This document shows positions 42,010 to 52,615 of a stretch of 64,000 nt of DNA, one piece after another. The stretch is from Paramoeba atlantica (Eukaryota; Protista; Discosea), in contig CDRNVI010000030.1 of NCBI GenBank assembly GCA_977017575.1, forward strand, positions 682,001 through 746,000, read 5' to 3'. A model generated the notes under the pieces. It searched no databases. It was given only the letters and a program-made list of their open reading frames with translations, and had not been told where the DNA came from. The position numbers were made by a program, and so were the translations under genes. The number at the start of each line of letters is the position of its first letter. The stretch's first letter is position 1.

Positions 42010-42240
42010 TTGCGGTGGTTGTAAAACTACCGCTCTACACTCGATTATTGAAAAAAAAGTGAACAAAAACAGTGAAAATATAAAGAGGAACACAGTAATA
42101 TAATAGAAGAAAAAAATATAAAAGGGGGCTCCGGTGGTCCAAAACTGAAAAAAAAATTTGAAAAAAATGGGGGGTCCATGGGGGGGGTCCAGGGGGGGGG
42201 TCCAGGGGGGGGGTCCAGGGGGGGGGGGCATGGTCGATCA
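42010..42240 (-). repeat. Dispersed repeat copy containing a tandem (G-tract)TCCA array
   Basis: Five G-runs separated by tcca(t) at 42169-42228; flanks match 52670-52756 and 53545-53610 on the opposite strand. Confidence 0.75.
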
Positions 42241-42820
42241 AATTTTTTCGAAAAAATTAGTTTTCGAAAAAAAACTGCAGAAAGGGTAGCCGGGGTCTTG
42301 GCGCGCATTTTCCACCCCCCTACCCGGGGGTAACCCCCCCGCGTATCCGCAGGACGGGTCCGCCAAGTTCGGATTTTTTCGGAAAAAATTTTTTGAAAAA
42401 AAATTCAACTTGGCGAAAAAAATGACAAAAAAAATATTTTTCCAAAATGGTTTCCCCTATTGTATTTTGATAGTTTGGGACCTACACTAGCTTTCTACGC
42501 AGTTGCTTTCGCAAGGTATCCCTTCTTCTAACCGTGGTGCGCCCCCCAAAATGACCCACTTTTGACTAAAAAAGGTGAAAAAGTATTTTTCGGACCTAAA
42601 GGGGCATTTTTGTGTCGAAAGAATGGTATGGTTGGAGTCGCATTCTCCACCCAATACGTTCGGTAGGCTTCCATTCATACCTACGAGTGATTTCCCACGC
42701 GCAAATGTCGGATTTAGTGCTCTGAGAGCAAAAATATGCGAAAATGACCCCATTTTTACCCGAAATTCGGCTATTTTTGGCTATAATCTTTCCGTTTTCC
42801 AGGCTAAATTTTCTTCTTTA

Positions 42821-42915
42821 GGCTCTTCGCTAAACGCGGCGGTAGTTTTCAACGCGAAGCGCGCAGCATGAGTGACTTCTAAGTTGAAAGCAACCACCGC
42901 GTTTAACGAAGAGCC
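42821..42915. mobile_element. 95-bp foldback mini-element
   Basis: 33-bp arms ggctcttcg(c/t)taaacgcgg(c/t)ggt(a/t)g(t/c)tttcaac with 4 mismatches; TA on both sides. Confidence 0.75.
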
Positions 42916-42936
42916 TAAATTATAAACGACGTTATA

Positions 42937-43889
42937 AACCCCTCCGCATCAAAAAGGCACCCCCCTTATTTTTCGCACAAGGGGGCCTAGGGGGGTTATC
43001 GCACCACTTTGTCGTGTAAAATTTTGAGATCTGCACGTTCTCGCTGTTCTTAGATCTTTTGAAAATAGAAAATGTTAAAAAAATATTGTTTTTGTTTACA
43101 TGCCAAAAAATACCTATCGACTCCCTCAAGGGGGTCTTACTGAAAGCAGGAAAGTGTTATGGCGCATGAGGCATGGTCAATGGGTTGCGTAAAGGCACTT
43201 CGCGCGCTAATTTAGTGTTAAAGTGAAATGTATTCAAAAATATTTAAAGAATAACTCACCTGAAGACACTTACATTATTAGCCCTGAAATCAAAAAAAAG
43301 CCAAAAATCGAAAATGTATGGATAAAAAGCTCTCTAGCCTTTGGACCGAGCAGGGCTTTCTATAAATCATTTAAAATGGGTTCGTTCGCAAGGTTCGCGG
43401 AAAAATGAATAAAAAGGGCGCACGTGGATCCGCAACTGCAATAAATAGAGAACACTGCCAGAGAAACTAAGTCGTATCCTGAAAAACCAAAATTGACACT
43501 ATTGAAAAATTGGCCACCGGACTCCCCTGATTTTCAGCCTTAGAAAGTGTATGGAGTGTGGTGCAAGAGCTTGTCGATGAGTACACTCCTTCAAATAAGG
43601 AAGAGCTTATAAAAAAGTGTATGTAAAGCAAGGGCTAAATTACCTCAATAACATATTGATGATTCGATGTTGAGCATTGCTTGCCTTGAGGCGTGCGTGG
43701 CCAACACCGGGAAAAAGGTGGCAAAATGGTAATTCTTCTTTGAAATACACGTATTTGTTTCTTTTTGTCTCGTTTCTTCACGTGCAAAGTCTTATCGTTG
43801 AGATCTGCAGAATGCAACAAAAATCAGCTCAAATGGGCATTTTACTGAAAAGTTAAGGGGGGGGGGTGCCTTATTGGTGCGGAGGGGTT
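42937..43889 (+). pseudogene. Internally deleted, decayed copy of the Tc1-like element
   Basis: TIRs aacccctccgca(t/c)caa(a/t)aaggcacccccc with TA flanks; ATG 43100 gives MPKNTYRLPQGGLTESRKVLWRMRHGQ; later LLKNWPPDSPD...VWSVVQELVDE...KVAKW* (stop 43730-43732); frameshifts and stops. Confidence 0.88.
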
Positions 43890-44113
43890 TAAGAAAAACC
43901 CATTTATCAAATTCAATGAGAGTGGGAGTACATATTTTATACGAACAAAAGATACTTTTCCTTTCAAAGTGTCCTCCAATTCTTCGATGAAAGTTAGAGC
44001 ATGTTATACTCAAGCCGAAAATAAACCGCGGTCTCGTGTGCCATGAGCCATATCTCAAAATGTATAGCACATTTTGTTATAGCACAACGTTAATTACGAG
44101 GTCAAAACCATTC

Positions 44114-45079
44114 TTATTGATCCGTCTTAGCACTAATGCTCTCCGGAAGATTGCCCCATACAAAATTGCCGGTAAACACTAAAAGATTTTGTAGCTGAGT
44201 TGGGACACTGTGGATTTCAAATTTTCCACAGAATTTGTTCCATCGGAGATCTAAAGTAATTAATCCTGAAGGAAGGCGCGTCAATTGTGGGACCCCATTT
44301 AACTTGTTTTGTGATACATCCATGAATTGAAGTGTCAGAGGCAACGATGAGAGATCCAATCGACCTTAAAGATTATTGTGACTTACATCAAGAACTGACA
44401 ATTTACAAGATACCTCGCATGTAACACACAGCTTATCAAAGAAATTGTACTGAGCTTTGATTTCTTCCAAGGCAAGGGGGATTTTTGATAGGTTCAAATC
44501 ACCGCTAAGTTTATTGTGATGGATGTATAAGTGAGTAAGAGTGATCGGAAGTTGATGCAAAATTAATCCCGAGGAAAATAGATTATGACTTATGTCGAAA
44601 TAAGAAAGTGCAGACGGAAGCTCATTCAAGAGAACGGAACCTTCAAAACGGTTTCGACCCACGCGTAAAATTTTCAGACTCAGCGGAAGATCCGTGAACT
44701 CAAGAGATCCCGAAAATTCATTTCCAAAAAGATTTAGATTTGTAAGTCCTGGAGGGAACAGGCGGGTGTCTATCGAGCCATGTAACTGGCAAGACGTAAG
44801 CACAAGAACAGTAAGACTAAGTGGAACGTGAGCCCAACTTAAATTTCCGCCCATGTTTAGATTGTTCCAAACGATGCTTGTTGGGACTCCGTGAACTGCG
44901 TTCAAGCCGTACCAATTATGTAGTGAATGTTCGGTGTCCCACGATGGATGAGGATTTCGTATTCCAGAAATTAAACCTTGTAATTCTTGTACAGGTGAGG
45001 AAAGCATTTTGCTAACTTTGCCAAGACGACGACGCTTATTTGGTCGTTCTTCGTCTTTTAGAGGCATAGCTAGAAACAT
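44114..45079 (-). pseudogene. LRR family gene interrupted by one in-frame TAA
   Basis: ORFs 44366-45079 and 44114-44359 share a frame: ...VSHNNL*GRLDLSSLPLTL...; N-terminal RPNKRRRL. Confidence 0.8.
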
Positions 45080-45268
45080 TGTTAGAAGAATTCGTCAAAT
45101 ATCATTCTTTTCATGGCAAGTGTTTAAAGTTTAGACTCGCACACATTGGCGCCTCTTCATAGCGCCGAATTTCTTTGTTATTTTCTCTCCATTACCTAGC
45201 GTTTAATTTTACCCAATTCTACTAAACACTACATGGGGAGGACAGTAATACAAAAAGAAACATGGAAG

Positions 45269-45979
45269 TTACAAATTCTCATTTTTTTGAGGATGGTATT
45301 TTAACCAACTTGGCAGGGATTTCGGTATAGTTTCGCTAAAACAATTTCGACGAAGATCAATTGAGCATTTCGCGACATGGCGAATGTCTAGTATCCCAGA
45401 GAGAAAATTTCCTTGAAGCCATAGTGTACTTAGGGATTCGGGGAGTTTCGACAGATCAATTGCACCGGAAAACTTGTTCAGACGGAGTGAAAGAAATCCT
45501 AGGGTGGGAGGCAAGTTTGTAAAGTCGAGAGAGCCATTAAGTTGCGTTTCTGAGATGACGTAGTGAGTCATTGTTCTGGGCATGCAACATAAGTCAAGGG
45601 TACCCACGAGTGGGTTTTTCGCTGAAATAAATTCGTTCATTTCTGAAGGAAGCTCGTCGAGTCCGTACACCTGTATCAGCTTGTTAAACGAGAGATTGAT
45701 TCTGTTAGTGGTCAAAGGAAGGTGCTGAAGTGCAACGCTACCTCCAATGCCAAAATTAGACCAAGAAATCGTCGAAATTGTGTCGTTTACGCATTCAATA
45801 CCTCTCCATTGACATACGTCGGGCTCGTTTTCCCAGCTTTGTACATTTTCTTCTCGTTCCAAATTTGCTATGACATGAATCATTCGATGATAGGGCGATA
45901 ACACGGCGCTGCTAACTTTTCCGCGACGGGAAGCGGTTTGACAGATTTCGTCGTCTCGAAAATATATTTTGGCAATCAT
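45269..45979 (-). CDS. LRR protein, 23-aa repeat family (second subfamily)
   Basis: RRGKVSSAVLSP, DVCQWRGIEC cap, about 6 repeats; tandem with 44114-45079. Confidence 0.85.
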   Translation of the reverse strand: MIAKIYFRDDEICQTASRRGKVSSAVLSPYHRMIHVIANLEREENVQSWENEPDVCQWRGIECVNDTISTISWSNFGIGGSVALQHLPLTTNRINLSFNKLIQVYGLDELPSEMNEFISAKNPLVGTLDLCCMPRTMTHYVISETQLNGSLDFTNLPPTLGFLSLRLNKFSGAIDLSKLPESLSTLWLQGNFLSGILDIRHVAKCSIDLRRNCFSETIPKSLPSWLKYHPQKNENL

Positions 45980-46039
45980 GATTTCTTTAGCAAGTACGGA
46001 AACTAAAAAACATTTGAATGTTCAGATGGTTTTAACTTA

Positions 46040-47114
46040 CTGTGACCCCCCCACTTATAGTGCCGCGGTTTTCGACCAAACGGCACTATAAGTGGGGGGG
46101 GTAGTATGTTTCAGGTCGAGGGTGAAAATTTTTCCACCCCCAAAAAAAAAGCGTGCCGCTTCGCGGCGCTCATCTTTCTATTAAACCACTGTCCGGGTTA
46201 ATATTCCTGGTAGGAATATTAAGAGGGTATAGGAATATTACGAGGTATAGGAATATAAAAAAAATAGCAGAAAAGGACCAAAATCTTTTTCGCGCCGCTT
46301 CGCGGCGCGGTCTTTGCTCTTGTGCTCGTTTTTGGCTCTTTAGGGATTGGGTGCGCGTTAGGCTTGCTATTTGGATGAAAAAAACATCCAAAAAAGGGAA
46401 TATTGAAGGATGATTTTGGTGGATCTCAAGCAAAGACAGGGTAGGTGTCAGGGAGAGGGGGGGTAGGAATATTAAGCACCTTTAGGACATTTAATATTCC
46501 TGGTAGGAATAATACGAGGGTATAGGAATATTAACCCGGACAGTGGTTTAGTATCTTTCTAGTATATGGTTTTGAGTGTCTAAGCGCTGTAAATGGTGTT
46601 TATGCTCCAGTGCTGCGCATGGGTAATCGCGTGATGGGATGTTCAGGGGGGATAGTACAATAATGCGCAAAAGAAGATGTCTGGATGAGTAATGTGTGGC
46701 ACAACACGGTGAAATAATTCCATAAAGTACGTGACTCGATTTTAGAGATTCGAAAGAGAAATTTACAAACTGTAAACCCGAACGCCCCCTACTCATGGCG
46801 CGGTTACAGAGCAGGGCGACATTTCGCCTTCCCCGGACAGTATGGCCCAGCTCCTTGAAAGGGGCTCGCTGCGTACGCCTTGAGCTCCTTGAAAGGGGCC
46901 ACGAGTGTGCGCTTTGTCCGGCGCCTCGTTTTCGTGAGAACCAGCAGTCATGGAATGGATGAAGGTAACTAATAATAAAGCCTCAAGGATTTCCATAAAT
47001 GAAAATATTAGAAATTTACACCATATTTACTCTACCTTTTTGGTAAAAAAAAATTCATTATTTTCTTTCGGACGTTTTTTTCAAAACGGCACTATAAATG
47101 GGGGGGGGGCACAG
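46040..47114. mobile_element. Non-autonomous TA-flanked element (1075 bp)
   Basis: TIRs ctgtgacccccccacttatagtgccg / rc ctgtgcccccccccccatttatagtgccg; TA at 46038-46039 and 47115-47116; an extra inverted TIR copy at 46081-46101. Confidence 0.8.
46184..46548. mobile_element. MITE nested in 46040-47114
   Basis: Perfect TIR aaccactgtccgggttaatattcct; TA at 46182-46183 and 46549-46550; multiple taggaatat motifs near both ends. Confidence 0.85.
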
Positions 47115-47409
47115 TAATGTATATTGTCATAGAAAGGGAATGTAGAATTATGCGTACTAGGACATTTTAACCTTGTTTTCCCAGAAGTTCATTTTCCAGA
47201 AAAAAAGTTTCATTTGACGTTTTCAACCCTATCCGGGCTAGGGTCACCTTATAAAAGGATCACCATTTCAAATGTGAAGAACCACGGGAAACAATGAATT
47301 TCCGCCAGAGGGATTAGTGAGAACTCTCGAATGCGCCAGTGTGAATTGTTTTTTAATCCCAAATTGGCCAAGCTGTATATAATCTCGTTTATAGAATTCG
47401 TGCAAAAGC

Positions 47410-48087
47410 TTATTTTGCCCTCCCTCTCACATTAAGCATTTGCGGCGAAATACATGTTTGACATTTAGGACACTTTTGCCTTGTTTTGAGCGCACTGCTG
47501 CCTGAAGTATGCTGGGAAGATCGAAGAAACAATTTTTTTGACTTTTCGTTTGAACCGTAGCCAGAATCGCGAATTTGTTTAGGAAACATTTCGTGCACGT
47601 ATCCACATTTAATACAATGGTAGAGTTGCTTCGAACTGATGTGGCGCAGTTTGTTTTGTTGAGCTATACGATGTACTGTAGATAGAGCATTCTCTCCATC
47701 GATATCTTCCTCCCTAGATGGACTACGAAACTGTATGTTAGAATTCATACTAGCATCGTCGGGAAGGATACGGAAAGACAAAGGAGTTCGAGTTCCTACA
47801 TTCTTATCTTTCTCAGACCGGGAAAGAATTTCGTGAACCCATGAGAACGCACTGATAGGAGATTTTGCGCGAAAGTCATATTGTGAGCAGAATCTAGAAT
47901 TCGTTCCCGAATTCGAGCTTTGCTGCGACGCGGATCCAGTAGATTTTTGTACTAGGGCAATTTGCTTGGGAAAATGCTCAAAACGGCGCGCCCAATTTAC
48001 GTTATTAATATTGCGTGGCCTCTTTTTCAATACGGAAATGCGCTTGTTTTGATACAATTTTGGTAAATGAGATGGACCAAAACGCAT
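47410..48087 (-). CDS. Hypothetical basic protein with a C-terminal CxxC...CxxC zinc ribbon
   Basis: 225-aa ORF on the cluster strand; HCIKCG and KCPKCQ. Confidence 0.55.
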   Translation of the reverse strand: MRFGPSHLPKLYQNKRISVLKKRPRNINNVNWARRFEHFPKQIALVQKSTGSASQQSSNSGTNSRFCSQYDFRAKSPISAFSWVHEILSRSEKDKNVGTRTPLSFRILPDDASMNSNIQFRSPSREEDIDGENALSTVHRIAQQNKLRHISSKQLYHCIKCGYVHEMFPKQIRDSGYGSNEKSKKLFLRSSQHTSGSSALKTRQKCPKCQTCISPQMLNVRGRAK

Positions 48088-48344
48088 TAAGGATACACTG
48101 TGAACATTTAGAATACATTACAGCGCATGGATGATACACAATAATTTATTTACGTTTATGAAAAATAGATTAGAAGAAAAATGTTACGAACTCAATAGGA
48201 GAACAGAATACCGAGAAAATACTGTAGGAATGCAATTCACAAAACTGTTGCGTGCGCAAACCCCTAGTACACTTATTATTGAGGGAGACATAAGGAAGAA
48301 GGTAGGAGGATTTAGCCCCCCAGATTTAGCTGCACCCCCTGTAT

Positions 48345-48845
48345 ATACAGTGGCGCGTGAGAGAGTAAGAGCAGTGCCACGTAAGGCAGTGACTGCATTG
48401 TAGCTAGAGTGGGTTAAATTCAAGCAAACTCAGCCTTTTTCAATTTCTAAAAACAAACTGTTTTTTTTATAGCATTCTTTCCGAATTTGTTTCCCGTTAA
48501 TCCATACGGCTTTAATAGCTACTGCTTCCTCAACTTTGGGAGCAATGTAGTGGAAGTTAGATCGGGAACGATTTCAATGGAAATTTGATTTTAACCACTG
48601 CACACAACCGTCCTCGGTCCACAGAGAAACCTTGCTCAAAGTGAGCTCTTTTTGACAGGAAAATCGAGCACACCCCACACAAGGCATTATAAAATACCAA
48701 AAATACTGAAGCAAAGCAAGATTCATGATGAGATTTCGCTTTTGCGGTTGTCGAAAATAAAAAAGGTCAAATTTGCTTTAATTTTACCCTACAGTAGCAC
48801 GTGAGAGAGTAAGAGTACTGCCACGTGAGGTAGTGACTGCAGTGA
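48345..48845 (+). repeat. Diverged direct repeat of about 56 bp
   Basis: tacagt(g/a)gc(g/a)cgtgagagagtaagag..tgccacgt(a/g)agg(c/t)agtgactgca at about 48345-48400 and 48789-48845. Confidence 0.7.
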
Positions 48846-49226
48846 TACAGTGTAGCTGCAGTAGCACGTGAGATAGTACGAGAATTCAGCAGACGCGTTG
48901 CTATGCAATAGGCTGGGAAATAGTTAACTAGGAAAGTAAGAAGTGTCGGACCAGCTGGCCATGTATTTTTGCCTTGGTTATGAGTGGGAAGAATACAGTT
49001 TCCTACTTGGACGTACGGCAGACATCTAAATTAATGGTCAAAGGCGTTTCAGGAGTGCAGGAAGACGAAACAGAGATCGATAGAGAAATATCAGATAATG
49101 AAGGACTCTCTGATGTGATTGCAGGGGAGGATGGATCTACTTAAATGCGCAGTAAGGCTCTGGACTATTACTTTCGAGGCACAGAACTTGAGTTCTTAAA
49201 GTTTTACCTTTACGACGCCACTACTA

Positions 49227-49525
49227 CCGTATACCCCCCCAGTAATAGACCCCCCCCCCCCCCCAGTATAACAGAGATTTGACCATTTTTGGGCCGACCC
49301 CCAGTAACAGAGATTTGGTTCGGGAGGGTGGTTGGAGGGGAGAGGGGGTGTTTGAGCGGGTGGGGATCGCTGGGCTGGGTGAGGGTGGTTGCGCGGTTGT
49401 CTGGACAGAAAATCAACGCACCCATGAACAAAAAAGGTCTTTTCCCACGAAAAAAGCATACCCCCCCAGTAACAGAGATTTGGCCATTTTGACCCAAAAT
49501 CGATTCTATTACTGGGGGTATACGG
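49227..49525. mobile_element. TA-flanked MITE (299 bp)
   Basis: TIR ccgtataccccc(cc)agtaatag at both ends; TA at 49225-49226 and 49526-49527; internal cccccagtaacagagatttg repeats; second copy at 1-149. Confidence 0.88.
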
Positions 49526-49674
49526 TACGAGAGTAGTATTACGAGAGTTCACATATCATTAGTGAAAACAATTGACAAAACCAAGAAAGGGAGATCAAGA
49601 AACACTACATTTGCTTTCAAGAAAGGACATCCGCTGATTGAAACGTTTACTCAGAGAATACGGAGGAAATATGT

Positions 49675-51736
49675 GAGGGGCTGCGGGTGGTGCCGTGCGA
49701 AACCGTGCCGAAGCCGCGCGAAACCGTGCCGAAACCGCGCGAAACGGCGGTTTACATTTGACCCTCCGAGGCCTCGGTGGATAGTAGCTTGCAGAATAAA
49801 TACTTGCTTTTTTATTTTTTCAAGGCGTTTAGGATATGAGTGGAAGTGCAATAATACATGTGTAATGTGTTGCAAATGATTTTTTTCGAACTACTGGATT
49901 CAACTTATTTATCTTTCTCCAGCTAAGATCCTTATTTATCTTTCTCTAGCAGCTCCTAGAGCGTGCACTTCTCCACATCATTGATCGCCGTGGACATCTT
50001 TTGCAAGATGTTCGATCGCGCGCGATCTACTTTGTGGAAGAGGCAGGTCAAGATCTTGGGTCGTTCCTTGAACAAAACCCTTTGTTTGCTCCGCGGCGTT
50101 CAAGCGAAGTTGATGACTTTGTGGAAAGTCTTTGGCGTTCTGTTTCCGGAAAACGCTCGCGTTGTTGTGCAAACTGGCGTCTCCAGCGGAAAAACACTAA
50201 CATCCGTTCCCAGGAGGAGCGTTCTGTCGTAGAAGCGCCAGGACGTTCCGAGACTCCATCCGGCACATACTACCGGGCGGAAAGCATTCAAACCTCTGAT
50301 CGAATTGTCTCATTTCCACGTCTTTAATAAGTGAAGTGATGAAGTTAAGTTGATAAGTGTTAAGTAAGCGAAGTAAGTCCATTGAGTTAAGTTCTCATCT
50401 CTTCCGATTCTAGAAGTATAAATTTACCTAGTATAAATTTAATTCTAAGGAATATTTAATAAATTCAATAATAAATTTGTTTTATCGTGTCTTTATTTTT
50501 CTTTTCTTCATTTCACTCTTTCTGAATATGTTTGGCATCTGGGCGGTACAGGTACGGGAGTTCTATAACGAGCTCAAGCGAGTACATGGTTCCGATGTCA
50601 CAGAGACTGATTACCGTCGTGTTCAGTCTTCTTTATGCATCTATGCTCTCAACTGCACGTGGGAACAGCTATACGAAGTTCAGAGAACCTGGCTCCCGTC
50701 AGACACCCCTTCAGTTTCTATCCGGACTCTCCGACAAGATTTCGCTCGTGTCGCACAGCTGTGCCGCTCACTCAACCTCATGGACCCCAACCTTCGTTTT
50801 ACTCAAGCAATCGCCTGTCTCCCTGATGTTACTTGCATGCTCGACGTCACGACAATTCCGTGTCGTGCACGAAATCCAAAAGAAGTACGGGACAGGACAT
50901 TGGGAGAACTCTGTTCCCGAGACAGCACCTACTCTGGCAAGCATCGCCAGCACAAGGATGAACTTTTTTTGGCTGATTTAGGGTACATTGGTTGTGCACA
51001 CTGCCTTGTACCCTATAAAAAAATTGGCCGTGGTCTGACCAAATCGCAAAAGCAGCTTAACCAAAGAATTTCATTGATTCGGTCTCGAATTGAGCGATGT
51101 TTTGCTCATTTTGACAGGTTTCGTTTTTTTCATGGTACTGACCATGATATTCCTTGGGTCCGAGACGCCCTTCAAATTGTATCTGTAGTAACGTACGGTC
51201 TGCTGGCTAACAAGCCGCAGTACGATTTTGATTCTATGATATATTCAAGTTTAAAACCTAAAAGTGATGAGGATGAGTGTTTGTGTAGTAAAGGGTGCGG
51301 TATAGTTGAGTGTACAAAAGCCCGCAGAGACTGGCTTAAGGAGCATATCCATAACGTGGCGTACGACCCTAAAAAACCGGGTAAGTGCGCCAAGTCATAA
51401 TGTTCACGTTTTCTAGATTACCGCACTACCGATATTTCATAAAAAAAAGTATGAATCTTGGTTAGAACATAAAAAATGTACACATATTTGCTTTTGATTA
51501 TCCTTTGATCCAATACAATCTTAACTCAGATTTTTTCTACGCGATTGTTGAAATATGACGCAAGGAAGATTGGCCGAGACCGCACTGAGGCCGCACCGAT
51601 ACATCCCACCTTTATGTAGAGAAGGCGTTCGGATCTCTCCGAAACCGCGCGAAACCGCGGCGAAACCGCACGAAACCGCGGCGAAACCGTACCGAAACCG
51701 CGCGAAACCGTGCTGACACAGCACCCGCAGCCCCTC
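49675..51736 (+). mobile_element. PIF/Harbinger/IS5-like DNA transposon (2062 bp) with ATGT TSD
   Basis: Perfect 15-bp TIR gaggggctgcgggtg / cacccgcagcccctc; atgt at 49671-49674 and 51737-51740; cgaaaccg subterminal arrays; DDE_Tnp_4-like ORF. Confidence 0.85.
50528..51400 (+). CDS. DDE_Tnp_4 (Harbinger/IS5-like) transposase, apparently missing an internal segment
   Basis: CMLDVTTIPC (D), YSGKH, FLADLGY (D) and NQRISLIRSRIERCF (E); the usual stretch of about 50 aa with GSxHD between YSGKH and LADxGY is absent. Confidence 0.8.
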   Translation: MFGIWAVQVREFYNELKRVHGSDVTETDYRRVQSSLCIYALNCTWEQLYEVQRTWLPSDTPSVSIRTLRQDFARVAQLCRSLNLMDPNLRFTQAIACLPDVTCMLDVTTIPCRARNPKEVRDRTLGELCSRDSTYSGKHRQHKDELFLADLGYIGCAHCLVPYKKIGRGLTKSQKQLNQRISLIRSRIERCFAHFDRFRFFHGTDHDIPWVRDALQIVSVVTYGLLANKPQYDFDSMIYSSLKPKSDEDECLCSKGCGIVECTKARRDWLKEHIHNVAYDPKKPGKCAKS

Positions 51737-52516
51737 ATGTTATCCCATCTCCAGGATACCTGTATACCTGTATACCACACTGGTCACACCTCCGGGATGT
51801 CGCTACAGATTGCGATCATTCTAGAACTGTTTTAGCAGAAAAACACGCGAAATATTTTTCTTCCCTTATGCATACCTTCTCAAAAGATAAGAAAATATCA
51901 TATAGGCCAAGGGACTGTAAAGCAGAGGTCCAGTGGAAAGAGTATTTGAAGGTACTCAAGGAGTGTAGTGAGGGAAAAAAACGTGGAAGGAACGGAATTC
52001 GTTCTAAAGCAAACAGAAAATCATACAGGATTGTCAGAAGGATACAAAGCCTTCTATACGGAGGTCCAGGGTATGGTAAAAGTGAAACCAGCCGGTGCTT
52101 TATGGAAGCCAAGAACGCTTTCCGCCCAAGATCCGTACTTGCCTTCGGATACTCGGGGGCTTGCGCTGTCAACATTAATGGGGAGACCATACATTCTGGA
52201 TTCTGTTTCCCAGCAGCGTGGAGTAAAAAGAGTAAGAGCGCTTTCCTAGATTATCTAACCCCTCAGAGGCTGAAAAATTTAAAAGAAAAATTCAACGACG
52301 TGGATACCGTTTTGATCGACGAGGCATCATGTGTGTCAGCTAAGACTTTGCGGCAAATTCATCAAAGACTTTGTGCAGTTTCTGTTCCCGGTAAGGCCCA
52401 GGAGTTGCGTTATACGTAGTATGTCCTTCATTACAGAGGTTGCAGCCCTTGAGCGTCACATGGTACACTCCTTTAGTGCGGTTTCTTTAATTGAAATTGT
52501 TAGGCAAACTGCATGA

Positions 52517-52615
52517 AGTACGGACCTTCGTACTAAGTACGGATAGTACGGTACTTAGAACGTACTAGTACGAAATACGGGGTCCGTACTACGTTTAGTA
52601 CGAAGTACCGTACAG
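52517..52615. repeat. GTAC-dense palindromic cluster
   Basis: 11 GTAC tetramers in about 96 bp; perfect IR agtacggacc (52517-52526) / ggtccgtact (52581-52590). Confidence 0.75.

Larger units (their letters stand above)
48860..52419 (+). pseudogene. Decayed Helitron/Helentron-like Rep-PIF1 helicase gene, interrupted by two insertions
   Basis: EVSDQLAMYFCLG (~48940), LDYYFRGTELE (49160), FKKGHPLIETFTQRIRRKYV|IP (junction), then LYGGPGYGKS, SGACAVNINGETIHS and VLIDEASCV (PIF1 motifs I, Ia, II). Removing 49675-51740 fuses 49562+ in frame to the 51868 ORF. Confidence 0.62.

Noticed and set aside
44366-44368. Stop-codon reassignment (Blastocrithidia-type)
   Set aside because: An isolated case; TAA, TAG and TGA all end other long ORFs normally and no other gene needs readthrough.
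51640-51711. CRISPR-like array (also 49698-49748, 42169-42228)
   Set aside because: Units are 8-12 bp with no unique spacers, eukaryotic context and no cas genes; explained as transposon subterminal repeats.
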